Assembly: GCA_046484135.1 (NCBI GenBank)
Contig: JAWOBU010000269.1
Coordinates: 401-64,400 of the forward strand
DNA from: a bacterium
GTDB taxonomy: Bacteria > RBG-13-61-14 > DATKZS01
Direction: 5' to 3'
Length of the DNA stretch: 64,000 nt
A program made the translations under genes and the position numbers. The notes below the pieces were generated by a model that worked only from the letters and a program-made list of their open reading frames with translations, did not search any database and was not told the origin of the DNA. Positions 1 to 8,586 of the stretch are shown here, one piece after another; within the stretch, counting starts at the first letter, position 1, and each line of letters opens with the position of its first letter.

Positions 1-103
1 AGGGATAACCCGGCGGGGCTCATCAGACGATGAGAGGGGCGTAGGGATTTCCCCTGCGCCCACCCGATAAATCTCTCATCGGATGATAGACCCCTTATGC
101 CTC
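1..103 (-). repeat. Window-truncated second copy of a ~100-nt hairpin-forming repeat module (homologous to 20575-20677, opposite orientation)
   Basis: Reverse complement of 1-103 aligns almost base-for-base with 20575-20677; differences concentrate in the apical loop and include a compensatory stem change. Confidence 0.75.
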
Positions 104-128
104 AAAAAACTCCCGCCCGAAGGGCGGA
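103..128 (-). terminator. Rho-independent terminator after the 165-416 gene
   Basis: Minus strand reads CCGCCC-TTC-GGGCGG followed by GAGTTTTTT, about 40 nt after the stop codon at 165. Confidence 0.55.
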
Positions 129-164
129 AACAAAGGCAGTGAGTACCACCATCGTACTCACAAA

Positions 165-416
165 TCAAAAACGGAGGCTCTCCAATTCACGCTGAACCAG
201 GACAAAAAGTGGAGAGCCCACTTCCATATTGAAGCTTACGGTGCAGTCGGCCGAACAACCGTCTCCCACAGTAAGGTTTCCATCGTCGCATTGCTCTCCC
301 GCGTCAACACTGCCGTCTCCGCAAACGTCTTTTTCAAAAACAAAGTAGGAGATCAAAAAAAGACCGACAAGCAGAAAAAAGCAGATGAATATAAAGAATT
401 TTGATTTGTCATTCAT
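165..416 (-). CDS. Small membrane-anchored protein with one cysteine-rich repeat (CGDG..D.GE.CDDGN...GDGC...C, Myxococcus-type Cys-rich repeat pattern)
   Basis: ATG at 416 is preceded by GGAGAG; the track start at 455 is a TTG. Hydrophobic N-terminal helix followed by the Cys-rich repeat. Confidence 0.5.
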   Translation of the reverse strand: MNDKSKFFIFICFFLLVGLFLISYFVFEKDVCGDGSVDAGEQCDDGNLTVGDGCSADCTVSFNMEVGSPLFVLVQRELESLRF

Positions 417-483
417 TCTTCTCTCTCCAAAAATAAAGTGAAGCAAGTTTATCAAAACATCTTATTCTTCTACATTGGTGTTG

Positions 484-2262
484 TTATTCTCGCCCCCTCT
501 GGTCGGAGTAGGGTTTGCCGGGAGTGTACTTGAACAACATGCTGTTGGATTCCGGAAGACGGTAGACAAGCTGGAACCGTTCCCGAAAGTTGTTTATGGC
601 CGGCTGAAAGTGTTCCTTCATGGCCGGATAGACTTCGTCCACCAGCATGTAGCTCACCCGCTTTTGTTCCATCTGGCGGATGAACTCGGCAGGCTCAGGC
701 GCGAACGGAGGGCCCACCGTGGTTCTCTCGGAGGCGAACGCCACCAGGCGGGGCTTCCGGGCTATAATGACCGTATCGGGTGAAGTGTTTTCCCTTGCGT
801 AAATGGCGACTCCCAGCATATGGGCCATTCCCCGGTTGAAGCTGATAATATGGAAGTTCTCGTTTATCTCGACCCCTCGAGCTCTTTTCATCCTGGAGGC
901 CCGGCTCAAGAAATCGAGGTTCTCGGGAACGTAAGAGCCGAGCAAAAGGACGCTTACTATCAGGATGGCCGCATATTTAAAGGCAGGATGTCCCACTCTC
1001 TTGTCCGCCCTGGAGAGCAGAACCGGCACGGTTTCCACCCCTTTTAGAAAGTAATATATAAGCACGGGGTAAAGCGGGATAAGAAAGCGGTTTTCCACGA
1101 AAGTCCATATTACGATGAGCGCCGAGTAAAAGAGCGCGTAGAGCTCGGAAGCTCCGCGCCTGTTCAGCAGGCTGCGCACAAGCCCGACCGTGGCCACCGC
1201 AAAAATAATGGCTCCCGGAACAATAAGCTCGCTTTCTTGCGCCTTGTCCAGGTAAGGCCATAAGGTTTTGGCGAGCTCCTTCAAGTAAAAGACAAAGTGC
1301 TCACCGACCCTGGAGATGAATCCCCCCACCCCTATAAGCGGAGAGTCCAGGTTGGAAGGGTCCTTTAACAGAAGCTCTTGCCAGTAAGCCGTGCCCTCGC
1401 CTCCAGTAACCGAGCGATTCCTCAAAGACCAGCCCAAAAAGCCGATTATAAAAGGACCGGTCATGACAGCGGCCAGGACCGCGTTCTTCTTGAGCCTTGG
1501 CCTTATCGGGCTTCTAAGGAGTGCCGCTCCCACAACCACCGGCGCCAGCACGATGCCCGCCGATCGGGTGAAGTAGGCTATCACCAGAAATATGGCGGCG
1601 AGATAGGTATAGGGACTTTTGAGAGAGTCTCTATCGAGGGCGAGCTCAGTGAAAAGGAGTGTCAAAACCACAAACGCGGTAAAAGGTATCTCTGACAAAA
1701 GACGGATGGAATAGGACAGTGTAAAAGGCACGGACATCAGGAGAAGCGCGGCAAGAAAAGCTATCAGGTTATGGTCCCTTTGCTTGTAGAGCAGGGCCGT
1801 GCCTGCAGTAGCGACAGCGGCAGACAGCGCTATCAGTGATTTCATTAACACCATGTTCTTTCCGAACAAAAGAATAATGCTCGCCAGCATGAGCGGGAAG
1901 AAAGGAGGATACTTGGTGTGGGGCTCGGGTGGAGAGCTGTTGATGCTCATGTACTCGCCGTCGAGCAGGGAGCGGGCCAGGTTCAAGTACTCGGCGTTGT
2001 CTCCGCCCTGGAAGAAAAAAAGCTTGTTGACTCCCCCCCAATACTGGAGCAGGCAGAGGAGTGCGACCAGTATCACCCAGTAGCTCAGCAGCACCCGCAC
2101 CTCGGGTCTCTGGAGAAGTTGCTGGTAAGGGGACGGCTCCGGGGGTTTAGGGGCTTTTGGGGAGGAAGGTTTCTTGGCCCCCTTCTTGGCTGGTCTTTCT
2201 TTTTCGGGTTGGTCGGGTTTATCTTTGGACTTTTTTGTTCTGGATTTCTTTTTCTTGGTCAA
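484..2262 (-). CDS. GT-C fold membrane glycosyltransferase-like protein (ArnT/PMT, GT39-like) with a Lys/Pro-rich N-terminal tail
   Basis: 592-aa ORF with many TM segments; paralogous to 44995-46638 (shared HTKYPP(F)FP(L)(M)L motif). TTG start, so the start is uncertain. Confidence 0.55.
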   Translation of the reverse strand: MTKKKKSRTKKSKDKPDQPEKERPAKKGAKKPSSPKAPKPPEPSPYQQLLQRPEVRVLLSYWVILVALLCLLQYWGGVNKLFFFQGGDNAEYLNLARSLLDGEYMSINSSPPEPHTKYPPFFPLMLASIILLFGKNMVLMKSLIALSAAVATAGTALLYKQRDHNLIAFLAALLLMSVPFTLSYSIRLLSEIPFTAFVVLTLLFTELALDRDSLKSPYTYLAAIFLVIAYFTRSAGIVLAPVVVGAALLRSPIRPRLKKNAVLAAVMTGPFIIGFLGWSLRNRSVTGGEGTAYWQELLLKDPSNLDSPLIGVGGFISRVGEHFVFYLKELAKTLWPYLDKAQESELIVPGAIIFAVATVGLVRSLLNRRGASELYALFYSALIVIWTFVENRFLIPLYPVLIYYFLKGVETVPVLLSRADKRVGHPAFKYAAILIVSVLLLGSYVPENLDFLSRASRMKRARGVEINENFHIISFNRGMAHMLGVAIYARENTSPDTVIIARKPRLVAFASERTTVGPPFAPEPAEFIRQMEQKRVSYMLVDEVYPAMKEHFQPAINNFRERFQLVYRLPESNSMLFKYTPGKPYSDQRGRE

Positions 2263-2488
2263 GGTATTTTACCCTTTGGTCCGGACGCCGGTTTCAGGCT
2301 CCGGGGAGGACTGTTTTTTGAAAGAGAGATGAATTTAACAACGGCAGAAATATACCGGAGGCCGGAGTTGCTGTCAAATGCACCTTGAAGACAATTTGAC
2401 TTGGCAGTTGTTTCGGAGAGAAAATAATATAATCTAGAAGCCATGCTTAGTGTATGGATTTCCCTTTAAGTTAGAGGAAGGAAGGTAG

Positions 2489-3169
2489 ATGGAAGTATTA
2501 GCTGATGCCTTGAAGAAGAAGTCCCATAGTCTCTCCGAGTATGATTCCAAGCGGGTCTTGCAGGAGTACGGCATACCGGTTACCAGAGAGCGCCTGGTGC
2601 GGGGTCAGAAGGACGCGGTGGCGGCCGCGGAGGAGATAGGCTACCCGGTGGTGATAAAGGCGACCGGTCCCGAGCTCACCCACAAGACGGAGATGGACGC
2701 CATCCGCTTGAACCTCGCAGACGCCAAGTCTGTCCGGCAGGCCGTACGCGAGCTCAAGGAGGCAACCAAGGGCGAAAAGATTCAGGGGCTGGTGGTCCAG
2801 GAGATGGTAAAGGGCCGGCGCGAGCTGGTGTTGGGTCTCATCCGGGACCCGCAGTTCGGTCCCTGCGTGATGTTCGGCCTGGGAGGCATCTACACGGAGA
2901 TTCTCCGCGACGTGTCTTTCCGGGTGGCGCCCCTCTCCGAGCGGGACGCCCTCGAGATGATGGACGAGATCAGGGGCAAGAAAATCCTGGACGCGGTCCG
3001 GGGGATGGCCGCGGCCGATCGCCAAGCCCTGGCCGAGTCCCTGGTGGCCCTGGGCAGGATCGGCATGGACCAGGACGAGGTCAAAGAAATAGACGTAAAC
3101 CCGATGATCCTGACCGGGGAAGGCCGGCCGGTGGCAGTGGACGCCCTGGTGGTATTAAAAAGCCAGTAG
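2489..3169 (+). CDS. ATP-grasp protein resembling the beta subunit/domain of ADP-forming acetyl-CoA synthetase
   Basis: 226 aa. LSEYDSKRVLQEYGIPV ... GYPVVIK ... VVQEM ... EIDVNP pattern typical of ATP-grasp_5/AcdB; ATG with GGAAGG upstream. Confidence 0.65.
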   Translation: MEVLADALKKKSHSLSEYDSKRVLQEYGIPVTRERLVRGQKDAVAAAEEIGYPVVIKATGPELTHKTEMDAIRLNLADAKSVRQAVRELKEATKGEKIQGLVVQEMVKGRRELVLGLIRDPQFGPCVMFGLGGIYTEILRDVSFRVAPLSERDALEMMDEIRGKKILDAVRGMAAADRQALAESLVALGRIGMDQDEVKEIDVNPMILTGEGRPVAVDALVVLKSQ

Positions 3170-3231
3170 CCCACACAGAGGTCTGTTAATAAGCGGCGGT
3201 AGCCCACTTCCGTTGCAGGGCTCTTTGGAGT

Positions 3232-4296
3232 TTGACAAGCCATTTTATATCCGGAGCGAACAAGACGCCATCTACGGACAGTAAAATATCAAGGGCATCG
3301 AAGAGCTTGATTAAAAAGGCCGGCGGCCGCCCGCTGAAGCTGCTGTATCAACAGGCCCTCCTCAGGTACTCCTCCGAGGTCCGGAACCTGTCGCCATACG
3401 CGCCGAACCCGCGGATCGTCCTGCTCGAACTCTCCAGCCTGTGCAACCTCCATTGCCCCAAGTGCGCGCTCAAGGCGACCAGGCGCGAAAAAGGGCTCAT
3501 GCCCGCGGAAAAGGCCATGGAGCTGATAGACCGGTGCAGCGAAATCAGTCCCGACATCATTAACCTGTCCATGCTGGGAGAGCCGCTCCTGCACCCGGAG
3601 GCAGAAAGGATCGTTTCTTATGCATCGGGCAAAGGGTTTCCGGCCGGGCTTACCACCAACGCCATTCTCCTTGCCCCGGAAAGGTCGAAAAAGCTCCTGC
3701 AAGCCGGGATCAAGTTAATCGTGGTTTCCATAGACGGATGGGACCGCGAGTCGAACGCAAAGCGCCAGCACGGCGCCGACCTGGACAAGATGCTTTTCAA
3801 CCTGAATAAACTCCGCGAGATGCGAGGAAAGAGCGCAAAACCCCGCATCGTGGCCAACACCATCTGGGACAGGGAATGCCTCGAGCATCTTTCCGAAATA
3901 AAAGCGCTGCTCGCTCCCTACGTGGACGACATCCGCCCCATTCCCCTCATAGACTTCGGGGTCCCCGGCCATGAAATAGACCCCGCTCTTGTGCCCGGAA
4001 CCAGATCGTGGAAAAGAGTGCCCTGCCGCTACCTGTGGAACATATTGAGCATCGGGTGGGACGGAGCGGTCACAGCCTGCTGCAGCGACTACGCCTACAT
4101 GCTGAAATACCACCACGTAGACTTAGCCCCCCTTTCCGAAATATGGAACAGCGAAAAGATAAGAAAATGGCGCGAGCTTCATATCGAGGGCAGGTTCAAC
4201 GAAATGCCCATGTGCGGCAGGTGTACAAAAGACTATCTCGATTCCTTTGCCTTCTACCGGCTGAAAGACCGCTTCCATGGAATCGAGGTAAGCTAA
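3232..4296 (+). CDS. Radical SAM enzyme with a C-terminal SPASM/twitch-like Cys cluster
   Basis: CNLHCPKC (CxxxCxxC) plus a C-terminal C..C..CC....C..C region. Track start is TTG; the true start is uncertain. Confidence 0.65.
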   Translation: MTSHFISGANKTPSTDSKISRASKSLIKKAGGRPLKLLYQQALLRYSSEVRNLSPYAPNPRIVLLELSSLCNLHCPKCALKATRREKGLMPAEKAMELIDRCSEISPDIINLSMLGEPLLHPEAERIVSYASGKGFPAGLTTNAILLAPERSKKLLQAGIKLIVVSIDGWDRESNAKRQHGADLDKMLFNLNKLREMRGKSAKPRIVANTIWDRECLEHLSEIKALLAPYVDDIRPIPLIDFGVPGHEIDPALVPGTRSWKRVPCRYLWNILSIGWDGAVTACCSDYAYMLKYHHVDLAPLSEIWNSEKIRKWRELHIEGRFNEMPMCGRCTKDYLDSFAFYRLKDRFHGIEVS

Positions 4297-4300
4297 GGCA

Positions 4301-4330
4301 TATAAAAAGGCCGCTCTTTAAGGCGGCCGG
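4301..4330 (-). terminator. Terminator after the tRNA pair (hairpin may also stop the convergent + strand gene)
   Basis: GGCCGC / GCGGCC stem (4309-4314 with 4323-4328), followed on the minus strand by TTTTTATA. Confidence 0.5.
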
Positions 4331-4337
4331 AATCTTA

Positions 4338-4415
4338 TGGCGGGGCCGACGGGACTTGAACCCGCGACCTCTGGCTTGACAGGCCAGCGTTCTATCCGGA
4401 CTGAACTACGACCCC
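4338..4415 (-). tRNA. tRNA-Asp (anticodon GTC), CCA encoded
   Basis: Manual cloverleaf: GGGGTCG acceptor, GTTCAGTCCGGATAGAAC D-arm, CTGGC-CTGTCAA-GCCAG anticodon arm, GGTTCAAGTCC T-arm, ends GCCA. Confidence 0.9.
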
Positions 4416-4479
4416 TTATGTTTTACGGATACGCGGAACTCTCTTTCATCAAGACTGAAGCGTGCCGCTACTTCTTAAA

Positions 4480-4552
4480 TAGGCGGGACAGGGATTGAAC
4501 CTGCGACTTTCGGCTTGTAAGGCCGACGCTCTCCCAACTGAGCTACCCGCCT
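4480..4552 (-). tRNA. tRNA-Val (anticodon TAC), CCA not encoded
   Basis: Manual cloverleaf: AGGCGGG/CCCGCCT acceptor (7 bp), GCTCAGTTGGGAGAGC D-arm, TCGGC-CTTACAA-GCCGA anticodon arm, GGTTCAATCC T-arm. Confidence 0.9.
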
Positions 4553-4567
4553 TTATGACATCAGATT

Positions 4568-4595
4568 ATTATAATAGCAGTTTCTCCAAAGTCAA
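4568..4595 (-). promoter_or_regulatory. Sigma70-type promoter for the tRNA-Val/tRNA-Asp unit
   Basis: Minus strand has TTGACT, a 16-nt spacer, then TATAAT; the -10 element ends 15 nt before the tRNA-Val 5' end. Confidence 0.5.
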
Positions 4596-4681
4596 TCACC
4601 CCCGCATCAGAAAACCCGGAAAATCTGCATGAAACCGCTGTCGGCATGAGCTCCGATCAAATGCCCGGCTTCTTACCATGC

Positions 4682-5731
4682 TCAACCAGGGGGATTAGCC
4701 GGTATGAGCCCTGCGCCGGGAACGTGAACACGATATTTTTGCGGCGCGAGCATTTCAAAGGACACGGACACACTGAGAAAGCTTTTTATGACCTCGGCGT
4801 GGGTCCGAGTGTGCTCGGTGACTTCAGAGGTCAAGAAACTTCCGCCTTGCCCCAGCGCCAGCGGCAGAAGCAACTGGTCTGCCAGCCGGGGATCAACCGG
4901 CACCCGGGTCCGGACAAAGTTTTTCGCCTCCCGCGCCGCTTCCCTCGCGACCCGCTCCGCTTTCTTGCCCGGCTGGCCAAAGCCGGTTATAAGGACAGTC
5001 CGGTCTCCCGACTCATACCTTATGAGAAGGGCATTGCCGGGCCCCACTTCGCCGGGAAGCACTCGCGTGTGGACAGAGGCGGGGTCCAGCCCCAGCCGCT
5101 CCGAAAGCTCCATCTGCTCTCGGTCCGCAACGTGCTCCGGCAGGTTGCTTATCAGGACCTCGCAATCGGGCCCCCGCCAGTCCGTCTCCTCTTCCAGCCG
5201 GAGAGGCGAAGAAAAACGCCAGGGACGCACAACCGCACGGAGCGCGCCGCCTCCCCTCGGATAAAAGCCGTGCCTGATAAGCTCGACCTCTGCGTCCATG
5301 CCCAGCTTGCGGACCTCGGGAAGGAAGCACTCCGAAAGGTACTCCACCGGCGGCGCGCCCGGGTTATGGGTCCCGCCGTGAATGGTTATCACGCTCTCGT
5401 CCTTTCCGAAAGAGAGTACCGGCAAAAGGGTCTGGAAAACCAGCGCAGTGCTTCCCGCGGTGCCTATCTCGAAGCTGTACCTGCCCGGCCGAACTTCGCC
5501 CGGCTCGAACTCGAGATCGCCGGAGAAGCGCTTGGCCCCTGTTGCCGTGCCCTTAACCACCTTGTTTATTGACCGGACCGCGGAGAGGTGCTGGGGCTGC
5601 AAACCGGGCTTGGAACGGCGCGAGCGGATGTTCTCCATCTTAAGACTGCGGCCCGAAACCGCGGCCAGGGAAAGCGCGCTCCGGAGTATCTGCCCTCCGC
5701 CCTCGCCGAAACTGCCGTCAATAAATATCAT
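4682..5731 (-). CDS. rtcA: RNA 3'-terminal phosphate cyclase
   Basis: 349 aa. N-terminus IDGSFGEGGGQILRSALSLAAVSG and overall length are typical of RtcA. Confidence 0.85.
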   Translation of the reverse strand: MIFIDGSFGEGGGQILRSALSLAAVSGRSLKMENIRSRRSKPGLQPQHLSAVRSINKVVKGTATGAKRFSGDLEFEPGEVRPGRYSFEIGTAGSTALVFQTLLPVLSFGKDESVITIHGGTHNPGAPPVEYLSECFLPEVRKLGMDAEVELIRHGFYPRGGGALRAVVRPWRFSSPLRLEEETDWRGPDCEVLISNLPEHVADREQMELSERLGLDPASVHTRVLPGEVGPGNALLIRYESGDRTVLITGFGQPGKKAERVAREAAREAKNFVRTRVPVDPRLADQLLLPLALGQGGSFLTSEVTEHTRTHAEVIKSFLSVSVSFEMLAPQKYRVHVPGAGLIPANPPG

Positions 5732-5874
5732 AACCGCTCCCGCGCCGGAGGTCTCGACTCGCGAAGAATGAACATATCCTCCTCCGGCTTTTCAAGCCCC
5801 TATGATAATAGCGCCTTTGCTTAAAAAAAAGTCCTTCCGGGCCGGGAATGCATAAGATAAGCTCTTTTCGGTGA

Positions 5875-5902
5875 TTGACACTGCCGGTGAAGCGTTTATA
5901 AT
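5875..5902 (+). promoter_or_regulatory. Near-consensus sigma70 promoter upstream of rplC
   Basis: TTGACA (5875-5880), 16-nt spacer, TATAAT (5897-5902); GAAAGGAGAG RBS and GTG start follow. Confidence 0.5.
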
Positions 5903-5944
5903 AAATAGTTCAGTTTTTCCTCACGGCAGAAAGGAGAGTCGGCG

Positions 5945-6607
5945 GTGATTGAAGGAATAATAGGCAAGAAGCTCGGAATGACCAGTATATTTGACGAAGC
6001 GGGCCGGATGATACCGGTTACGGTCATCGAGGCGGGGCCGATAACGGTGATGCAGATCAAGACCCCGGAGCGGGACGGCTACGCCGCCTTGCAGGTGGGG
6101 TTCGAGGACAAAAAGCTTCAGCGGGCCACAAAGCCCGAGATAGGCCGGGCCCGGAAGTCCGAGACCAGTCCCAAGAAGGTGATAAAAGAGGTCCGCATCG
6201 AACCGGAGGAAGTTGCGAACTATAAGCTCGGCCAGGCGTTAAGCCTTTCCGAGATGCCGTTTGCCAAGGGAGACTTGGTAGACATAATCGGCAAGAGCAT
6301 CGGCAAAGGCTTCAGCGGGGTAATGAAGCGTCACAACTTCTCCGGCGCCCGCGCGACGCACGGGACCCACGAGTACAAACGGCATGGCGGCGCCATCGGC
6401 CACTCCGCGGACCCCTCCCGCGTGTTCAAGGGAAAAAAGATGGCAGGCCAGCAGGGCAATAAAAGAATCACGACCCAGAACCTGGAGATCGTCGAGGTCC
6501 GGCCGGAAGAGAACCTGATCATGATTAAAGGAGCGGTGCCCGGCCACCGGAACGGCATTTTGAAGATAAGAAGCGCCAAGAAAAAGAAAGCCGGCCGGGC
6601 CGCTTGA
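5945..6607 (+). CDS. rplC: Ribosomal protein uL3 (stand-alone copy)
   Basis: GKKLGMTSIFDE.G..IPVTVIE ... FKGKKMAGQQGN ... IKGAVPG match the L3 pattern. GTG start with RBS; no rpsJ or rplD neighbours. Confidence 0.85.
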   Translation: MIEGIIGKKLGMTSIFDEAGRMIPVTVIEAGPITVMQIKTPERDGYAALQVGFEDKKLQRATKPEIGRARKSETSPKKVIKEVRIEPEEVANYKLGQALSLSEMPFAKGDLVDIIGKSIGKGFSGVMKRHNFSGARATHGTHEYKRHGGAIGHSADPSRVFKGKKMAGQQGNKRITTQNLEIVEVRPEENLIMIKGAVPGHRNGILKIRSAKKKKAGRAA

Positions 6608-6643
6608 TTCAATCACTCCGCCTTCGTAAAACAGCCGCTCGAC

Positions 6644-7453
6644 ATGGATGAATCTTTTAAAAAGGCCATAGACCATCCTCTCATAACCGAGGTCCTGTTC
6701 TTTCCCCGCCGGATCAGCGAGCACGACCTGCCCAAAGACCCGAACGGCCGGGTGGAACGCATTCCTGCAGGGAACGACACCCTGGGCGCTTACTGGTACC
6801 GTCCTTTTCCGGAGTCGCCCACCGTTTTGTTCTTCCACGGCAACGGCGAGGTCATAAGCGATTATCTTATGGACTTCCACGGCTTCCTGGAAAAGCTCTC
6901 GCTGAACTTCCTGCCCGTGGATTATCGCGGTTACGGCCTTTCCACCGGCTCTCCCTGCCTGTCCGCGATGCTGGAAGACGCCCGGGCGGCATGGGACTAC
7001 GCCGTGTCCGAGCTGGGGTTGTCCTCCCGGGACATCATCATCATGGGAAGGTCGCTGGGTTCCCTGGCCGCGCTCGAGATCGCAGGCGGGCCAGGCAAGG
7101 ACGCCCGGGCTCTCGTGATCGAAAGCGGCATCGCCAGGTTTGACAACTGGATCAAACGGATGGAGTACCTCCTGCAACAGATGGGAGTTGACGTCGAGCT
7201 TTTAAGGAAAGCACTTAATCAAGCCTTTGACCACCAGACCAAAATACGCTCATATAAGGGGCCCCTCCTTGTCATGCACGCGCCCAACGACGAGATAGTG
7301 CCGGTCGAACAAGGCAAACAGCTCGCCTCATGGGCCGACCCCGAAAAAACCACCCTCCACGTCTTTCCCCGCGGCGGACACAACGACATCCAGATTTTCA
7401 ACCGCGAGGAGTACTTCCGGGTGCTGGCCGACTTTATCAATAATTTCTGTTGA
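6644..7453 (+). CDS. Alpha/beta-fold serine hydrolase
   Basis: FFHGNGE oxyanion region, GRSLGS nucleophile elbow, C-terminal ND...GGHND. Confidence 0.65.
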   Translation: MDESFKKAIDHPLITEVLFFPRRISEHDLPKDPNGRVERIPAGNDTLGAYWYRPFPESPTVLFFHGNGEVISDYLMDFHGFLEKLSLNFLPVDYRGYGLSTGSPCLSAMLEDARAAWDYAVSELGLSSRDIIIMGRSLGSLAALEIAGGPGKDARALVIESGIARFDNWIKRMEYLLQQMGVDVELLRKALNQAFDHQTKIRSYKGPLLVMHAPNDEIVPVEQGKQLASWADPEKTTLHVFPRGGHNDIQIFNREEYFRVLADFINNFC

Positions 7454-7601
7454 CCCGCGTTTCCGGAAAAACATGAGCTTCTTTGCAAGTGCTCCATTGG
7501 AAGCGATATGCTTTTAATGAGAGACAATTAAAGTGAAAAGATTGCCTTCTCTCGCGTGTGCACTTCTTTCGGTCCGCAAAAGCGGAAGAAGAGAGAAGGG
7601 G

Positions 7602-7633
7602 AAAAAAAAAGCGGGCCGAAGCTGAAAAGCCCT
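7602..7633 (-). terminator. Weak hairpin plus T9 tract after the radical SAM gene
   Basis: Minus strand reads GGGC...GCCC followed by GCTTTTTTTTT, immediately after the stop at 7636; the stem is short. Confidence 0.35.
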
Positions 7634-7635
7634 TC

Positions 7636-8586
7636 CTACATGTCTTCAGAGAGTCCGAGGTAGAACGGGTCCTGGACCCAGCCGCGGCCGAGTCCCAGGC
7701 TTTCCATGGTCTCGACTGCCTGCCGGTACTCGGCGCGGCTCGGTCTTCTTGCAAGGCCCGGAAAGTCGAAGGCCTGGTAAGCGGGGAAGTACTGGCTCAT
7801 GAGGCTGATGGCGGTATTGGGCGATATCTTGCGGGCGATAAAATCGAGCACTCCTTCCGATCCGGCGTGTCCAGCGGGAAGCACCAGGTGGCGGATAAGC
7901 AGGCCCCGCATGGCAATGCCGTCTTCGTCCAGGACCAGGTCTCCCGCCTGCCGGTGCATCTCTTTAACAGCGGCGCGGTTCCGCCGGGGGTAGTCGGGAG
8001 CTTCGGATATGAGGCGGGCCGAGTCGCTGCTGCCGTACTTCATGTCCGGCATGTAAATGTCCACGACTCCATCCAGCAGCTTGAGCGCTTCCACTGATTC
8101 GTACCCTCCGCAGTTGTAAACCAGGGGCAGCCGGAGCCCCAGCCGGACGGCGACGGGCAGTGCCTCCACTATAAAAGGCATCATGTGGGTGGGGGTTACG
8201 AAATTGATGTTGTGGCAGCCCCGGTGCTGGAGGCGCATCATCATGTCCGCGAGCTCGTCTGCATCCGTCTCGTCGCCGTTTTCCAGGTGGCTTATGGGAT
8301 AGTTCTGGCAGAACACGCACCTTAAGTTGCAGTGGCTGAAGAAGATGGTTCCCGATCCATGCCGGCCGGAGACAGGCGGCTCTTCACCGTGATGGGCGTT
8401 AAAGGACGCCACCCTGGCCTTGCCGCCGGCCCCGCAAAATCCCTTCTCGCCGGAAAGCCGGTCCACGCCGCAGCCGCGGGGACACAGCCGGCAGGAGGCA
8501 AGCAAGCTCCTCGCCTTTTCTGTCCTTTCGGCCCACTCCCCTTGGGCTATCCCCAGGTAAGCGGGCCACGGCTCATTAACCCGCAT
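7636..8586 (-). CDS. Radical SAM protein, PflX-like (pyruvate formate-lyase activase homologue family)
   Basis: CNLRCVFCQN CxxxCxxC motif plus an N-terminal CRLCPRGC cluster; 316 aa. Confidence 0.7.
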   Translation of the reverse strand: MRVNEPWPAYLGIAQGEWAERTEKARSLLASCRLCPRGCGVDRLSGEKGFCGAGGKARVASFNAHHGEEPPVSGRHGSGTIFFSHCNLRCVFCQNYPISHLENGDETDADELADMMMRLQHRGCHNINFVTPTHMMPFIVEALPVAVRLGLRLPLVYNCGGYESVEALKLLDGVVDIYMPDMKYGSSDSARLISEAPDYPRRNRAAVKEMHRQAGDLVLDEDGIAMRGLLIRHLVLPAGHAGSEGVLDFIARKISPNTAISLMSQYFPAYQAFDFPGLARRPSRAEYRQAVETMESLGLGRGWVQDPFYLGLSEDM

